This document shows, one piece after another, positions 13,922 to 27,191 of a DNA stretch of 64,000 nucleotides. This stretch comes from Octopus vulgaris (lineage: Eukaryota): assembly GCA_951406725.2 (NCBI GenBank), contig OX597818.1, forward strand, positions 56,358,001 to 56,422,000, written 5' to 3'. The position numbers and the translations under genes were made by a program. The notes under the pieces are model-generated. The model was given only the letters and a program-made list of their open reading frames with translations. It did no database searches and was not told the DNA's origin. The number at the start of each line of letters is the position of its first letter. Within the stretch, counting starts at the first letter, position 1.

Positions 13922-14372
13922 CATACATACATACATACATACATACATACATACATACATACATACATACATACGTACATGCATACATACATGATGGCTG
14001 CTCCCTCGTTATCGAGTTTGGCCATTGCACGAAGCTTAACTGTTATTGGTGCTGTGATCGAATGTGACTTTTTAGCCCAGCTAAAAGATCTATACAAGAT
14101 CTGTCTTGTACAGAATTGGCAACTAAAACCTTTACCGGTAATAGTCAGCTGTAGTTTTAACTGGGCTTCATGTACCTTTGCATGTCGTTTAAGTTCTCCT
14201 GCCGAATTACACTCCCTTCTACATACCTGACAGATATGATTAGTATGGTGTGTTATACCACCACCAGTGGCTAGGTTGTCAATCATCCGCCTCACCTTAT
14301 GACTACGAAGATGACTCTTGAGTCCAGCTTTACTGAAGCAGGCTTTTGTACAGACACTGCATATCAGCATCA
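13922..14372 (-). pseudogene. 3' end of RTE-like LINE with three C2H2-type fingers and (ATGT)n tail
   Basis: CSVC..KAGLKSHLRSH, CQVC..LKRHAKVH and a degenerate CQFC finger, followed directly by a tetranucleotide tail. Confidence 0.6.
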
Positions 14373-15217
14373 TATGAAGACCCTTCACATACATACATAT
14401 ATTGCCATCAGGATATAGGACCAGGTACTGCAACAGCTTGGGTTTCAAAGAACTTTCAATAACCTCTCAAAAAGCCTGAGAGACTGGCATAGGGTGAATG
14501 TGGCTATCTTCAAATCAAAACTAGATCTACTCCTACAGTTCTATAAGTCTGTTCATCAACTGGGGTCCAGAACTCTCGTGGGAAAAAAAATTTCACAGCC
14601 CATAGGGCTGATGATGCTCACAAGAGCACAAGCTCTTATTTACAGGAATCTACAAATTATATGCTTATGTGTGCTGATGTCTACGAAACAGATAATAATT
14701 TATTGTGTGCTTGCAGAACAGCAGGAATTTAAACAACAATATATATGTCCATTCTTAATATATTGGTATCTGCAATAACATATTAAAAATGAATTGACAG
14801 GTTATTGCATAGATTCTCGATGTTGTACAAGGAACCGATGATTTATTTTTCAAGTTTTGTTCTTAATGTAAAATCAAAACACACTGGACGTTTAATTCCA
14901 ACATCGTATTCTTTGCCATCTCCATACATATGTTTCAGGTTCTTGTATCTAATTGACTATTAATACAAACTGTGTAACGTCTGTTTGTATTAATAGCCAA
15001 TTAGATGTGAAGAAAAATATTCGCACTCTCTGTCTGTTGGGAGAACATTTTATAAACAAGCATTGATCCGCCGAGTGAGTTGATATTTTAGAAATGAAAG
15101 AAATCTCGAATGCAGAAGAGGAACTGCGAAACAGCTTAGAACATGCATGGGCAACCTATGGCCCTCAACATGTTGTGTGGTCTTCGATGAATTTCTGGTT
15201 ACTAATTTTCAGCATAA

Positions 15218-15450
15218 CCTATTTCTTTATTACCCACAAGGGGCTAAACACACAGGGGACAAACAAGGACAGACATAGGTATTAAGTCGATTACATTGAC
15301 CCCAGTGCGTAACTGGTACTTAATTTATCGACCCCGAAAGGATGAAAGGCAAGGTTGACCTCGGCAGAATTTGAACTCAGAACGTAACGCAGACGAAATA
15401 CCGCTAAGCATTTCGCCTGGCGTGCTAACATTTCTGCCAGCTCGCCGCTT
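15218..15450 (-). mobile_element. tRNA-derived SINE family B
   Basis: GGCGAGCTGGCAGAA head, GAGTTCAAATTC B box, CCTTTCATCCTTTCGGGGTCGA core; approximate GCATAACC flanking duplication. Confidence 0.9.
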
Positions 15451-16364
15451 ATTGCAGCATAACCGAAAAGTAGCGAAATCTCAAATTCTACCTAATATTA
15501 GGTAAAGAATGTGAATGTGCAAAAATCTCATTGATATCATCATCATCATCATCATCATTGTTTAACATCTGTTTTCCATGCTAACATGGGTTGGACAGTT
15601 CGACCAGGGTCTGGTAAGCCAGGAGGCTACCAGCCGCCAGTCTGATCTGGCAGTGTTTCTACAGCTGGATGCCCTTCCTAACGCCAACCACTCCGTGAGT
15701 GTAGTGGGTGCTTTTTACGTACCACCGGCACAGGTGCCAGGGGAGGCTGGCAATGACCACGATCGGTTGGTGCTTTTTATGTGCCACCGGCACGGAAGCC
15801 AGTCAAGGCGACGCTGGCATTGGCCACGTTTGGATGGTGCTTTTTACATGCCACTGGCACAGGTATCACAACTACAATTTCCATTTGATTTTTTGATGTT
15901 GATGTACTTGACTCAATAGGTCTCCTCAAGCACAGCAGGTTGCCCTACGATCCAAGGTAAGCACAGCAGGCCGTCCTGCAATCCAAGGTACTTTGGATGA
16001 GCTGGGGCTTCTATGTGAAGCTGGTGCAGGAAACAGCCATGAACTCACATTATTTGTTGATATAGATAATGAAATTTGTCCTTTAATAAAATATCAACGA
16101 ATTTTTCTTTTTTTTTTTTTTTTGACCTCAATATTTTAAACTATAATTTATTTACACTAGTAATCATTATTATCATTAGGAAATAATGAAAGAGATACCA
16201 TCTCAATGTAAACCTTCATACCAAGACAAATAAAATTAAGAACTGATAAAAAGTGGGCAAGTAATATTTCATGCATATGTGTTTCATCGTGCGGCCCTCT
16301 CCCACTTGGAAATGATATGATGCGGCTCCCAGTTGACAAATAGCTGCCCATCCCTAGCTTAGAG

Positions 16365-16952
16365 AGCTACAAGCTGGCATAAATGTTAGCATGCCGGGCG
16401 AAATACTTTGCAGTATTTCGTCTGCTGCTATGTTCTGAGTTCAAATTCCACCGAGGTCGACTTTGCCTTTCATCCTTTCAGGGTCGATAAATTAAGTACC
16501 AGTTACGCACTGGAGTCGATGAAATCGACTTAATCCGTTTGTCTGTCCTTGTTTGTCCTCTCTGTGTTTAGCTCCTTGTGGGTAGTAAAGAAATAGGTAT
16601 TTTGTCTGCCGCTACGTACTGAGTTCAAATTCCGCAGAGGTCGACTTTGTCTTTCATCCTTTCGGGGTCAATTAAATTAAGTACCAGTTACGCACTGGAG
16701 TCAATGAAATCGACTTAATCCCTCTGTCTGTCCTTGTTTGTCCTCTCTGTAGGTAGTAAAAAATAGGTATTTTGTCTGCCGCTATGTTCTGAGTTCAAAT
16801 TTCGCCGAGGTCGACTTTGCCTTTCATCCTTTTGGAGCCGATAAATAAAGTACCAGTTATGCACTGGAGTCAATGAAATCAACTTAATCCATTTGTCTGT
16901 CCTTGTTTGTCCTCTCTGTGTTTAGCCCCTTGTGGGTAGTAAAGAAATAGGT
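16365..16952 (+). mobile_element. SINE family B head plus three tandem body units
   Basis: Units restart at GTATTT(C/T)GTCTG near 16413, 16597 and 16766. Confidence 0.9.
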
Positions 16953-17369
16953 CGGATAAAATACTCTCACAGACGGAAAAAAACTGGCTAGCAAGCCTTT
17001 GCTGACTGGTCCTTTTGTCTATTACAATATTATACTCTTTTCTTTAAACTGTTTCCACAGATATTCTCTGGCATTTGAGATTGCCTTCTTTTCTATCTGT
17101 TATGTTTTTGTATTTTATGGTGGACGCTGTTTTAGAGGAAATTAAATCAAAAGAGCAGTGTTTTAGGGGGGTAAAATTGAAAGAGTTTTTTTGATTTTTG
17201 TTTTGTCTTCAAGGCAGAATATTCTGAATTTCTTCTTCTTTTTTCTTTTTTCTTTTCTTTTTTTTTTTTGTTCTTTCTCCTCTTGAGTGCCTTTCGGGGA
17301 AAAAATCCATTTTCTGATTATTGCAAACTGCGGTTTACAACAGGTGATAGTTGTTACTATTTATTGACT

Positions 17370-17457
17370 TGTATGTATGTATGTATGTATGTATGTATGT
17401 ATGTATGTATGTATGTATGTATGTATGTATGTATGTATGTATGTATGTATGTATGTA

Positions 17458-17524
<67 letters not shown>

Positions 17525-17602
17525 ATGCATGTACGTATATATGTGTGTGTATGTATATATAAATACTTGCATACATAATATACATGACGGTTGTTTTGTA
17601 TT

Positions 17603-17652
<50 letters not shown>

Positions 17653-17686
17653 CACACACACACACACATATATATATACATACATA

Positions 17687-17717
<31 letters not shown>

Positions 17718-18670
17718 GTGTGTGTATGTATGTATGTATGTATGTTTGTATGTATGTATGTATGTATGTATGTTTGTATGTATGTTTGTATTCATATTTA
17801 CAAACATACGTTTATACATACACACATACATGCATATATATATATAGACACGGACACCCAGCAAGGGAAGTACATGAAAAAAAAATGAGATAAAAAAAAA
17901 GGATAAAGATGGAACAAGATCTCTGTGAGAAAGAAACGGTAAATTCCCTGGAGAAAGAACAAATAAATAGACTCCAGTTTCTGGTGGTTTGTATAAAGTA
18001 AAGAATATGGTAAGATATATAGCGTTTTTAGGTTTTACGGTGGTAATGGCATCTTGCTATCGGCTGTGTTAGTGTGTTTGTGTATATAGAAGTGTGTGTA
18101 TATAGAAGTTTATATATATAGAAGTGTATAGAAATGTGAGCGTGTGTCTTTGTATGGTTGTATGTATGTATAAGTGTGTACTTGTGTGTGTTTGTGTATA
18201 TATGTGTATGTATGTATGTATGTTTCCATATGAATGTTTCGTTTTATATATCTGTGTATGTGCCTGTGTGTACGTGTATGTATGTGTGTTTACGTGTATG
18301 TGCGGGTATGTATATGTGTGTGTATGTACGTGTATGTACATGTATGTGCGTGTATGTACAAGTATGTGCGTGTATATAAGTGTATGTACGTATATGTACC
18401 TGTATGTGTGTGTATGTACCTGTATGTACGTGTATGTACGTGTATGTGTGTGTACGTACCTGTATGTGAGTGTATGTATGTGTATGTGCGTGTATGTACG
18501 TGTGTGTATGTATGTGTATGTGCGTGCATGTAGTATATGTGTGTGTATGTACATGTATGTACATGTATGTGTATGTGTCTACGTATGCATACATACATCT
18601 TTGTGTGTGTGCATATATATACACACATTTAAGTGTAAGTATCAATGTGTGTGTGTGTGTGTGTGTGTGT
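17370..18670. repeat. (TATG)n/(TG)n/(TA)n microsatellite blocks
   Basis: Directly visible, with a unique spacer at ~17850-18070. Confidence 0.9.
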
Positions 18671-18673
18671 TAT

Positions 18674-18990
18674 GAAGGTGCTTGGCTTAGTGGTTAGGGT
18701 ATTCAGCTCATGATCATAAGGTCCTGAGTTCAATTCCCGACGACGTATTGCATCCTTGAGCAAGACACTTGGTTCCACGTCGCTCCAGTCCACTCATCTG
18801 GTAAAAATGAGAAGAAGCTGTATTTCAAAAGGCTGGCCTTGTCACAGTCTGTGTCACGCTGAATCTCCTTGAGACCTATGCTAAAGGTACGCATGTCTGT
18901 GGAGCCCTCGGCCACTTGCACTTTAATTTTACGAGCAGGCTGTTCCTTTGATCAGATCAACTGGAGACCTCATTGTCGTAACTGACAGAG
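18674..18990 (+). mobile_element. tRNA-derived SINE family D
   Basis: TGGCTTAGTGG / GAGTTCAATTCC head; body matches the reverse complement of 21983-22310. Confidence 0.8.
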
Positions 18991-19202
18991 TATATGTGTG
19001 TGTGTGTGTGTGTGATATTGTAAGTTCCATTATAAATGAAGAAGGGACAGTCCCACTTTTTTCTGGGTGATTGAAACATCACACCGCTTGGGTCAACTTA
19101 AGTCTGTTCTATATTCAAGCATTCAGATCAGGTTCCTGACGGAGGGTTTCTGTTACCTCTTGCTGCACCCATCACACTTTCCACTCATCCACAATGCAAA
19201 TG

Positions 19203-19661
19203 GGTGCCAGGGTAGTATGTGATCTACATACATGTTTCTGGTGTATCTTGTAATCTACACTAGTTCAAATGGTATGGTTTGTGATCTACACTGACTTTTT
19301 GATCTACATTCAAAATACATCCATTTACTCGACTTCCAGTTGGTTTGGTATAAAAACCAAAAAAGCTTCTATGATTTAAAGACTTTTACTCCTGAGTCCA
19401 TTGAAAGAAGTTGTGATAAGAGCAAAAGAATTTTACACACAGGTTATTTGAGATGAAGAAGCTGCAATAGAATTTCTCTGACACTATGAATTCCTTGATG
19501 AACATGGAGATATTGATCGATGCAGCAAATGTGGAGAAATGGTGGAAAAACAAAGAAAAATAGATAAGGTGAAGCTTGTCCTGTTTTTCAATGCACAAAT
19601 AGTCTAGATTTAAGTTGCTGTAGATTACAATGGCATGTAGATCACATACTACACCGATACC
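19203..19661. mobile_element. MITE, inverted copy of 2655-3070
   Basis: Same TIRs and internal sequence. Confidence 0.8.
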
Positions 19662-20840
19662 GCAAAAAGGTAGAACTTAACCTGCTATTCAAATCTTGCT
19701 CCACTTTAAACACCACTGCCTGCTTCTTGTGTACTTTTAACAGGTTGCAAGCAATCAATTCAGCTCTCCGATTTCAGAACACCTTCTTCTCTCTGTCATT
19801 AATCTTATGGAGAGAGTAGGGTTGGATTAAGACCCAAAGAGGCCCAAGTACTTAAAAGATTTTGGTGCTCCTGCTGCACATACTCTAGTGAAATTCTTCT
19901 CTCGTTTATTATGTATACATGCATTCGAACGTAACAGATAACAGCTAACCTTTGGGCACTATTTGGACTCCATTGTGTCCACCACTCTGATTGGTTGGTA
20001 TTGGCACAATTTGTCTCTTACTTTATCACATCAATATGCAGACTAACCAATCGAAGTCCCTAAATATGATCACATGAGACAGTTTTTTTTTTCACAATCC
20101 AATTTGAGCCTACTGTTAGCTATAAAACTCATCATCTCCTCATTTCGATGTCTTTGGTTCCAGACCTTTTAAGGTCTAGCCACTGACCACATGACACAGC
20201 CAGTTCCAGCGACAACGCCAGACAACACCTGTCCAACAGCATCACAGTGACCTTCATCTTCGTCGCCACCATCATGTCTCTCACCAACGTCGTCAACAAC
20301 ATCTCTACGTACACTGCACAGGTTCTAATATAGCGCTGTTTGTGAACTACTTCACCATGGCTAACAGCAAACATACAACCCACACAGATGCTTGTAAATA
20401 TATCAATAACTCTTTCACAAGCCTTCTACGCTGTTGTCTCTCTCTCTCTTTTCCAACTGGCACATTATATGTATTATTTCAGCCTTCTGATATGAGTCAA
20501 TATTAGGTGGTCACACTGCACATCGCCTTGACTATCTATACTCCAATATAAACAATAATACACCATAAAATAAAAGCCTATTTTTCAAAATGGAACAAAA
20601 CTTACAGGAAGATGGAAAATAGTGTTTCTTTTTATATACTTCCACTTTATTTGTATTTGAAAAGTTTTCTCTTATTTTTTTGTTTTTAATTGCAAAATAT
20701 TTAATCAGATCCTCACTATGACACCACGAACATTTTGAAATTATATTTCCGTTCTTATAAACCACATCGAATATTACATTATTTTCATTATTTACATTAT
20801 TTACATTTGATGGATATTTGTCCTCATCTTGTTTGTTGTT

Positions 20841-20886
20841 AACACAATGTTTCAGCTGATATACCCTCCAGCCTTCATCAGGTGTC
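20841..20886 (-). ncRNA. Minimal type I hammerhead motif
   Basis: Minus strand: GACAC CTGATGA A GGCTG gagggtatat CAGCT GAAA CATT GTGTT. Confidence 0.75.
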
Positions 20887-20933
20887 TTGTGGAAATTTCG
20901 AACCTGGGTTCTCATTCCTAAGGTATTTTTCGA

Positions 20934-20968
<35 letters not shown>

Positions 20969-21102
20969 TCACTGCCTGGAATCGAACTCAGAATCTTGGG
21001 ATTAGTAGCCCACATTCTTAACCACTACGCCATATGTCATGTGGTCAGTGGCTAGTACCTTAACAACAAACAAGATGAGGACAAATACCCGTCAAATGTA
21101 AA

Positions 21103-21407
21103 TCTTTATATATAAAAGTGAAGTTGTGTGCGTGTCTGTCTCCTACGATTTAGATTCCTAACTACTCCCACATTTTGCGGTGCAGTTTAACCAAAAGCGG
21201 GTATCTTATAGTCGTGATTCATATCGAGCCCTTCTGGGTATTAGCGCGCGTCTACGATGAGTCTACGATTTAAAAAAAAGTTTACCATCATTTTTTCCCA
21301 TTTTTAATGCATTTTTTTTTGCTATTATATAAGGGAAGTAACTCTCTAAAAATGCTTATATAGTTATTTCCCTTACAAACCCAAGCAACGCCGGGCGATA
21401 CTGCTAG
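21103..21407 (+). mobile_element. Non-autonomous Helitron
   Basis: A|TC start, CTAG|T end, subterminal GC-rich hairpin; same ends at 57002-57396. Confidence 0.8.
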
Positions 21408-21784
21408 TAATGTATATAATTCCTTATCGAATATTATTTTAGCCAGTTTTTCTTTAGTGCCATGAAGTGATTTCTTTAGTGCCATGAACCATTTACTACT
21501 TCTGTGCTGCCTCCGCTTCCTTTGTTACACTAAGCACTGCTTATTTTGCTTAATGGTTAATCCAGCCCAGAGAGAGAGAGAGAGATAGAGTAGAAGGTGT
21601 TCTCTTCATTCTCCTATGAGTCTCAGATAAAACTAATAATGGAATATTGCTCCCAAATCTTCAATGGTGCTGCTAATTCATACAGACGTCCAAGACAGCA
21701 TCCAAATAAAAGTCCCAAAGCTGCCCGATATAAAGCCCCTCACAGACATGCTCCAGTCTTTGGCGCACAGATGTCAAGTGTCCT

Positions 21785-21966
21785 CTCTTCTTCTTCTTCT
21801 TCTTCTTCTTTGTCTTCTTCTTCTTCTTCTTCTTCTTCTTCTTCTTCTTCTTCTTCTTTGTCTTCTCCTTCTTCTTTGTCTTCTTCTTCTTCTTCTTCTT
21901 CTTCTTCTTCTTCTTCTTCTTCTTCTTCTTCTTCTTCTTCTTCTCCTCCTCCTCCTCCTCCTCCTC
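21785..21966. repeat. (TCT)n/(CCT)n trinucleotide array
   Basis: Directly visible. Confidence 0.97.
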
Positions 21967-21982
21967 ATACTGTTACTACTTA

Positions 21983-22310
21983 GGGCACTCCGTCGGTTAC
22001 GACGACGAGGGTTCCAATTGATCCGATCGACGGTACAGCCTGCTCGTGAAATTAACGTGCAAGTGGCTGAGCAATCCACAAACACGTGTACCCTTAACGT
22101 AGTTCCCCAGGGAGATTCAGCGTGACACAGAGTGGGACAAGACTGGTCCTTTGAAATACAGGTACAACAGAAACAGGAAGAATGAGTGAGAGGAAGTTGT
22201 GGTGAAGCTTTAGGTGTTTTCGCTCAATAAACACTCACTGTCTGGGAATCGAAATTGCTATCCCACGACCACGAGTCCACTGCCCTAACCACTGGACCAA
22301 TGCGCCTCCA
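21983..22310 (-). mobile_element. SINE family D-related copy
   Basis: Body shared with 18674-18990; head shared with 11430-11540. Confidence 0.75.
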
Positions 22311-22449
22311 CACTACTACTACCACCACTACTACTATCACCACTACTACTATAGCTTCTGGTTCTCATGTCTGTCTTGTCTTTATATCGCTTCAATTCAA
22401 ACATTTTTGATTCAATTGTTTCTTTATCCTATTACTCATATTGTATCTG

Positions 22450-22965
22450 CAACACCACCACCGCCAACGCTTCCACCGCCACCGCCATCATCACTACAAC
22501 CACCACCAACAACAACAACGACACCATCACCACCACCATCATCACTACAACCACCACCAACAACAACGACACCATTACCACCACACTGCCACCACTACCA
22601 CCACCACAATCACCACTACCACCACCACAACTGCCACTACTACCACCACAACCGCCACTACCACAACCACCACCACCACCACCACCACCACTACCACCAC
22701 CACAACCACCACCACCACTACCACCACTACCACCACCACCACCACAACCGCCACTACCACCACCACAACTGCCACTACTACCACCACCACAACCACCACT
22801 ACCACCACCACAACCACCACCACAACCGCAAACTACCATCACCTCAACCATCACTACCACAACCACCTCAACCACCACTACTCCCACCACAACCACAACT
22901 ACCACCACCACCACCACCACCACTACCACCACCTCAACCACCACTACCACCACCACCACCACAAA
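22450..22965. repeat. (CCA/CTA/CAA)n trinucleotide array
   Basis: Directly visible; source of poly-P/H/T ORFs. Confidence 0.95.
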
Positions 22966-23207
22966 GCCCCTGCATAAACCACACTGCCCCCATTCCTTCC
23001 CCCCACTTGAGTCGTCTGGCATCTCCTTTCTCACAGGTCTTCACCCTGCAACCACCCCCGACCTTGGCCAGACTGAAGGCTATGGGCGATGACCCTGCTC
23101 CTCTCTACTCACCTAATTAACATAACAAAACCAACCCAACACACAAAACAAAACAAAGCACTTAAGAATATAATGGGACACGGCTTATACCGTTGTACGT
23201 GCTCTGA

Positions 23208-24760
23208 GCGTGTGTGTGTGTGAATGCAGGTGTGTGTGTGTGTGTGTGTGTGTATGTGAATGCAGGTGTGTGAATGTGTGTGTATGTGAATGCAGGTGTG
23301 TGTGTGTGTGTGTGTGTGAATGTGTGTACGCGTGTGTATGTGAATGCAGGTGTGTGTGTGTGTGTGTGAATGTGTGTACGCGTGTGTATGTGAATGCAGG
23401 TGTGTGTGTGAATGTGTATACGCGTGTGTATGTGAATGCAGGTGTGTGAATGTGTGTGTATGTGAATGCAGGTGTGTGTGTGTGTGTGTGTGTGAATGTG
23501 TGTACGCGTGTGTGTGTGAATGCAGGTGTGTGTGTGAATGTGTATACGCGTGTGTATGTGAATGCAGGTGTGTGAATGTGTGTGTATGTGAATGCAGGTG
23601 TGTGTGTGTGTGTGTGAATGTGTGTACGCGTGTGTATGTGAATGCAGGTGTGTGTGTGTGTGTGTGTGAATGTGTGTACGCGTGTGTATGTGAATGCAGG
23701 TGTGTGTTTGTGTACGCGTGTGTATGTGAATGCAGGTGTGTGTTTGTGTACGCGTGTGTATGTGAATGCAGGTGTGTGTGTGTGTGTGTGTGTGTACGTG
23801 TGTGTATGTGAATGCAGGTGTGTGTGTGTGTGTGTGTGTGTGTACGCGTGTGTATGTGAATGCAGGTGTGTGTGTGTGTACGCGTGTGTATGTGAATGCA
23901 GGTGTGTGTGTGTGTGTGTGTACGCGTGTGTATGTGAATGCAGGTGTGTGTGTGTGTGTGTGTGTACGCGTGTGTATGTGAATGTGTGTGTGTGTGTGTG
24001 TGTACGCGTGTGTATGTGAATGCAGGTGTGTGTGTGTGTGTGTGTACGCGTGTGTATGTGAATGCAGGTGTGTGTGTGTGTGTGTACGCGTGTGTATGTG
24101 AATGCAGGTGTGTGTTTGTGTGTGTGTACGCGTGTGTATGTGAATGTGTGTGTGTGTGTGTGTGTGTACGCGTGTGTATGTGAATGCAGGTGTGTGTGTG
24201 TGTGTGTGTACGCATGTGTATGTGAATGCAAGTGTGTGTGTGTGTACGCGTGTGTATGTGAATGCAGGTGTGTGTGTGTGTACGCGTGTGTATGTGAATG
24301 CAGGTGTGTGTGTGTGTACGCGTGTGTATGTGAATGCAGGTGTGTGTGTGTGTACGCGTGTGTATGTGAATGCAGGTGTGTGTGTGTGTGTGTGTACGCG
24401 TGTGTATGTGAATGCAGGTGTGTGTGTGTGTGTGTGTGTGTACGTGTGTGTATGTGAATGCAGGTGTGTGTGTGTGTACGCGTGTGTATGTGAATGCAGG
24501 TGTGTGTGTGTGTGTGTACGCGTGTGTATGTGAATGCAGGTGTGTGTGTGTGTGTGTGTACGCGTATGTATGTGAATGCAAGTGTATGTATGTGTATGCG
24601 TGTGTGTGTGAATGTAGGTCTCTGTGTGTATGTGTACGCGTGTGTATATGAATGCAAGTGTGTGTGTGTACGCGTGTGCATGTGAATGTAAGTGTGTGTG
24701 TGTACGCATGTGTATGTGAATGCAAATATGTGAGTATGTGTTTGAATGTGCGTAGGCGTG
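23208..24760. repeat. Composite minisatellite TATGTGAATGCAGG(TG)nTACGCG
   Basis: Dozens of units with variable TG length. Confidence 0.95.
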
Positions 24761-25121
24761 TGCATGTGAAAGCAATAGTTAGTGTGTGTGTACGCGAATG
24801 CAAATGTGCATGCGAATGTGTGTACGCGTGTGTCTGTGTATGCAAGTGTGTGCGCATCTGTATATGCATGTGTGTCTATGTAAATGTATGGCGTGTGTAT
24901 GAGTGTTCGAGTGTATGTGCATGCGTGTGTGCGTGTTTGCATGTGTGTATATTGCCTGCGTGCGCGCATGTGAGTACACGCGTGTAACAGTCTGTAACGG
25001 CTGATAAACACACACACACACACACACACACACATGCATGTATACATGCATACATCCATCCATACATACATATACACACACACACATATATATATACACC
25101 TGAGCACTGTATACAATAATT

Positions 25122-25174
<53 letters not shown>

Positions 25175-25178
25175 GTGA

Positions 25179-25519
25179 GGCGCAGGAGTGGCTGTGTGGT
25201 AACTAGCTTGCTAACCAACCACATGGTTCCGGGTTCAGTCCCACTGCGTGGCATCTTGGGCAAGTGTCTTCTGCTATAGCCCCGGGTCGACCAATGTCTT
25301 GTGAGTGGATTTGGTAGACGGAAACTGAAAGAAGCCTGTCGTATATATGTATATATATGTGTGTGTGTGTCAGTGTTTGTCTCCCTAGCATTGCTTGACA
25401 AAGGCTCCCGATAGAATAAGTACTGGGCTTACAAAGAATAAGTCCCGGGGTCGACTTGCTCGACTAAAGGCGGTGCTCCAGCATGGCCGCAGTCAAATGA
25501 CTGAAACAAGTAAAAGAGT
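25179..25519 (+). mobile_element. SINE family A
   Basis: Full head GGCGCAGGAGTGGCTGTGTGG; small internal deletion. Confidence 0.9.
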
Positions 25520-26441
25520 ATATACACAAACATATATACACACACACACAAACATATATACACATATATACACAAACTGACCCACTTGTACCTGTATGAC
25601 GTACCGACATCTATTCAATTATTAAGACCTGAGACTTAATATTACAGGGTGTTGCTAATTTTAGACGCGAATATTACGTAGCGGCCGATCGGGGTGGCTC
25701 GGTTGGTCGTCCTGTGATTTTGTATGGGTTTTATAATGAAATAACATTCAACAAAAACACACGGGGAGTGGGAAAGAGATGGAGGGGCGGAGAAGGAGTT
25801 TATACGACTGGAATCTGAAGTATTTCTCGTGAAATGAATTAATATGAATGTATAAAATATGATTACGTATGTATGTATGTAGGTATGTATATTGTGTGTG
25901 TGTGTGTGCATGGAATTAATTTGCAAGGCAAAAAGAAAAAGGAGAATGGCTATAGGAAGAGACGAACGAAAGATTCATACGACGTTGGCATACAAAAATT
26001 CATGATTCACATACACACACATATATATATATACATGTATATACTAACAATATAAGATGAAGTCCCTTTCTCTACAGAAAAGGATTCCATCAAAAAGCGT
26101 GGCAGTATATTAAAAAAGCCTTTACGGTTGAAGTATAAACATCTTATAATTAAGGGCTTATAATTAACCTTCTGGATCTTTTCTTTTTGAAGGCCAGATT
26201 TTCCTAGTTAACTAAAAAATTTGAAATTTCGTATACTGGTAGAATGTGTCAAAAGAAAACATTATTGTAAACAAAATTGAAAACAAAATTGTTATTCGTA
26301 ACTTAAACGTAGTTTCATTTTTACGAATTTTAACCAATGAAATACATGTATATGCATATTTTGATTTTAATCACCTTACTTTGAAATTGTATGGATAATA
26401 TCATACTAAATTCTGGTGCCTCAACTCAAGTACAATATTCA

Positions 26442-26490
<49 letters not shown>

Positions 26491-26553
26491 ATGTGTGTAT
26501 GTATATATATATATGTGTGTGTGTGTGTAAATATATGTATATGTATATATATG

Positions 26554-26590
<37 letters not shown>

Positions 26591-26624
26591 ATAAATATAC
26601 ACATATATAAATATATATATATAT

Positions 26625-27170
26625 ATTTGCATATGTGTCCCTGTCATTTTTTCTCGCCCCTCCTTATTTCTTCTGTCCCTCTGCCTCTACCTCTCTCTTC
26701 TCTCTCCACGTGACCGTTGTTCGGCCAAGCCTGACCTTTCTTTTTTGGTTCGGCCGTCGTCCGTGCAACATCTCTATTTCTCCCTGTGCTTGTGAAATCT
26801 TAAATCCCCGCCGTAAGGCTCTACTTCCACACGCACCAGCTTAATTTAATTCGTCCTTAGTCGAAAGACATCTGTTGCTATGTCCTGTTATTTGTATTTG
26901 TGTAACATTCTCCGTTTTTTTCTGTCCTTCTTTTCGTATACATTCGCTGCTTGTTCTAAGGAATCTAATGCTCTTAACTTAGTTTTTCCTTGGGGCTGGT
27001 CAGATTGGAGCAACCTCAAGTATAACCAACCGAAATTGCAGGGATAACCTGGAACTCGACTGAGAAAACCCATCCTTCTTTTCTTTGTATCGTCTATCTG
27101 AATGTTTTATTTCCCTTTTTTGTATCACCTAATTGTCTGGATGTTTTGCATTCTTGTCCCACTTTGTATG
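26625..27170 (+). mobile_element. (TA)n-flanked non-coding repeat, probably PLE-derived
   Basis: First ~230 bp nearly identical to 33775-34003; 3' part similar to 27920-28110. Confidence 0.6.
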
Positions 27171-27191
27171 TATATATATATATATATATAT

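Noticed and set aside
18674-18745. tRNA-like sequences at SINE 5' ends
   Set aside because: SINE heads continuous with SINE bodies, without a full cloverleaf
22367-23120. Poly-Pro/His/Thr ORFs resembling formin or extensin
   Set aside because: Open in several frames on both strands over a trinucleotide array; no domain
23208-24760. CRISPR-like repeat-spacer appearance
   Set aside because: Spacers are only (TG)n; eukaryotic context; no cas genes
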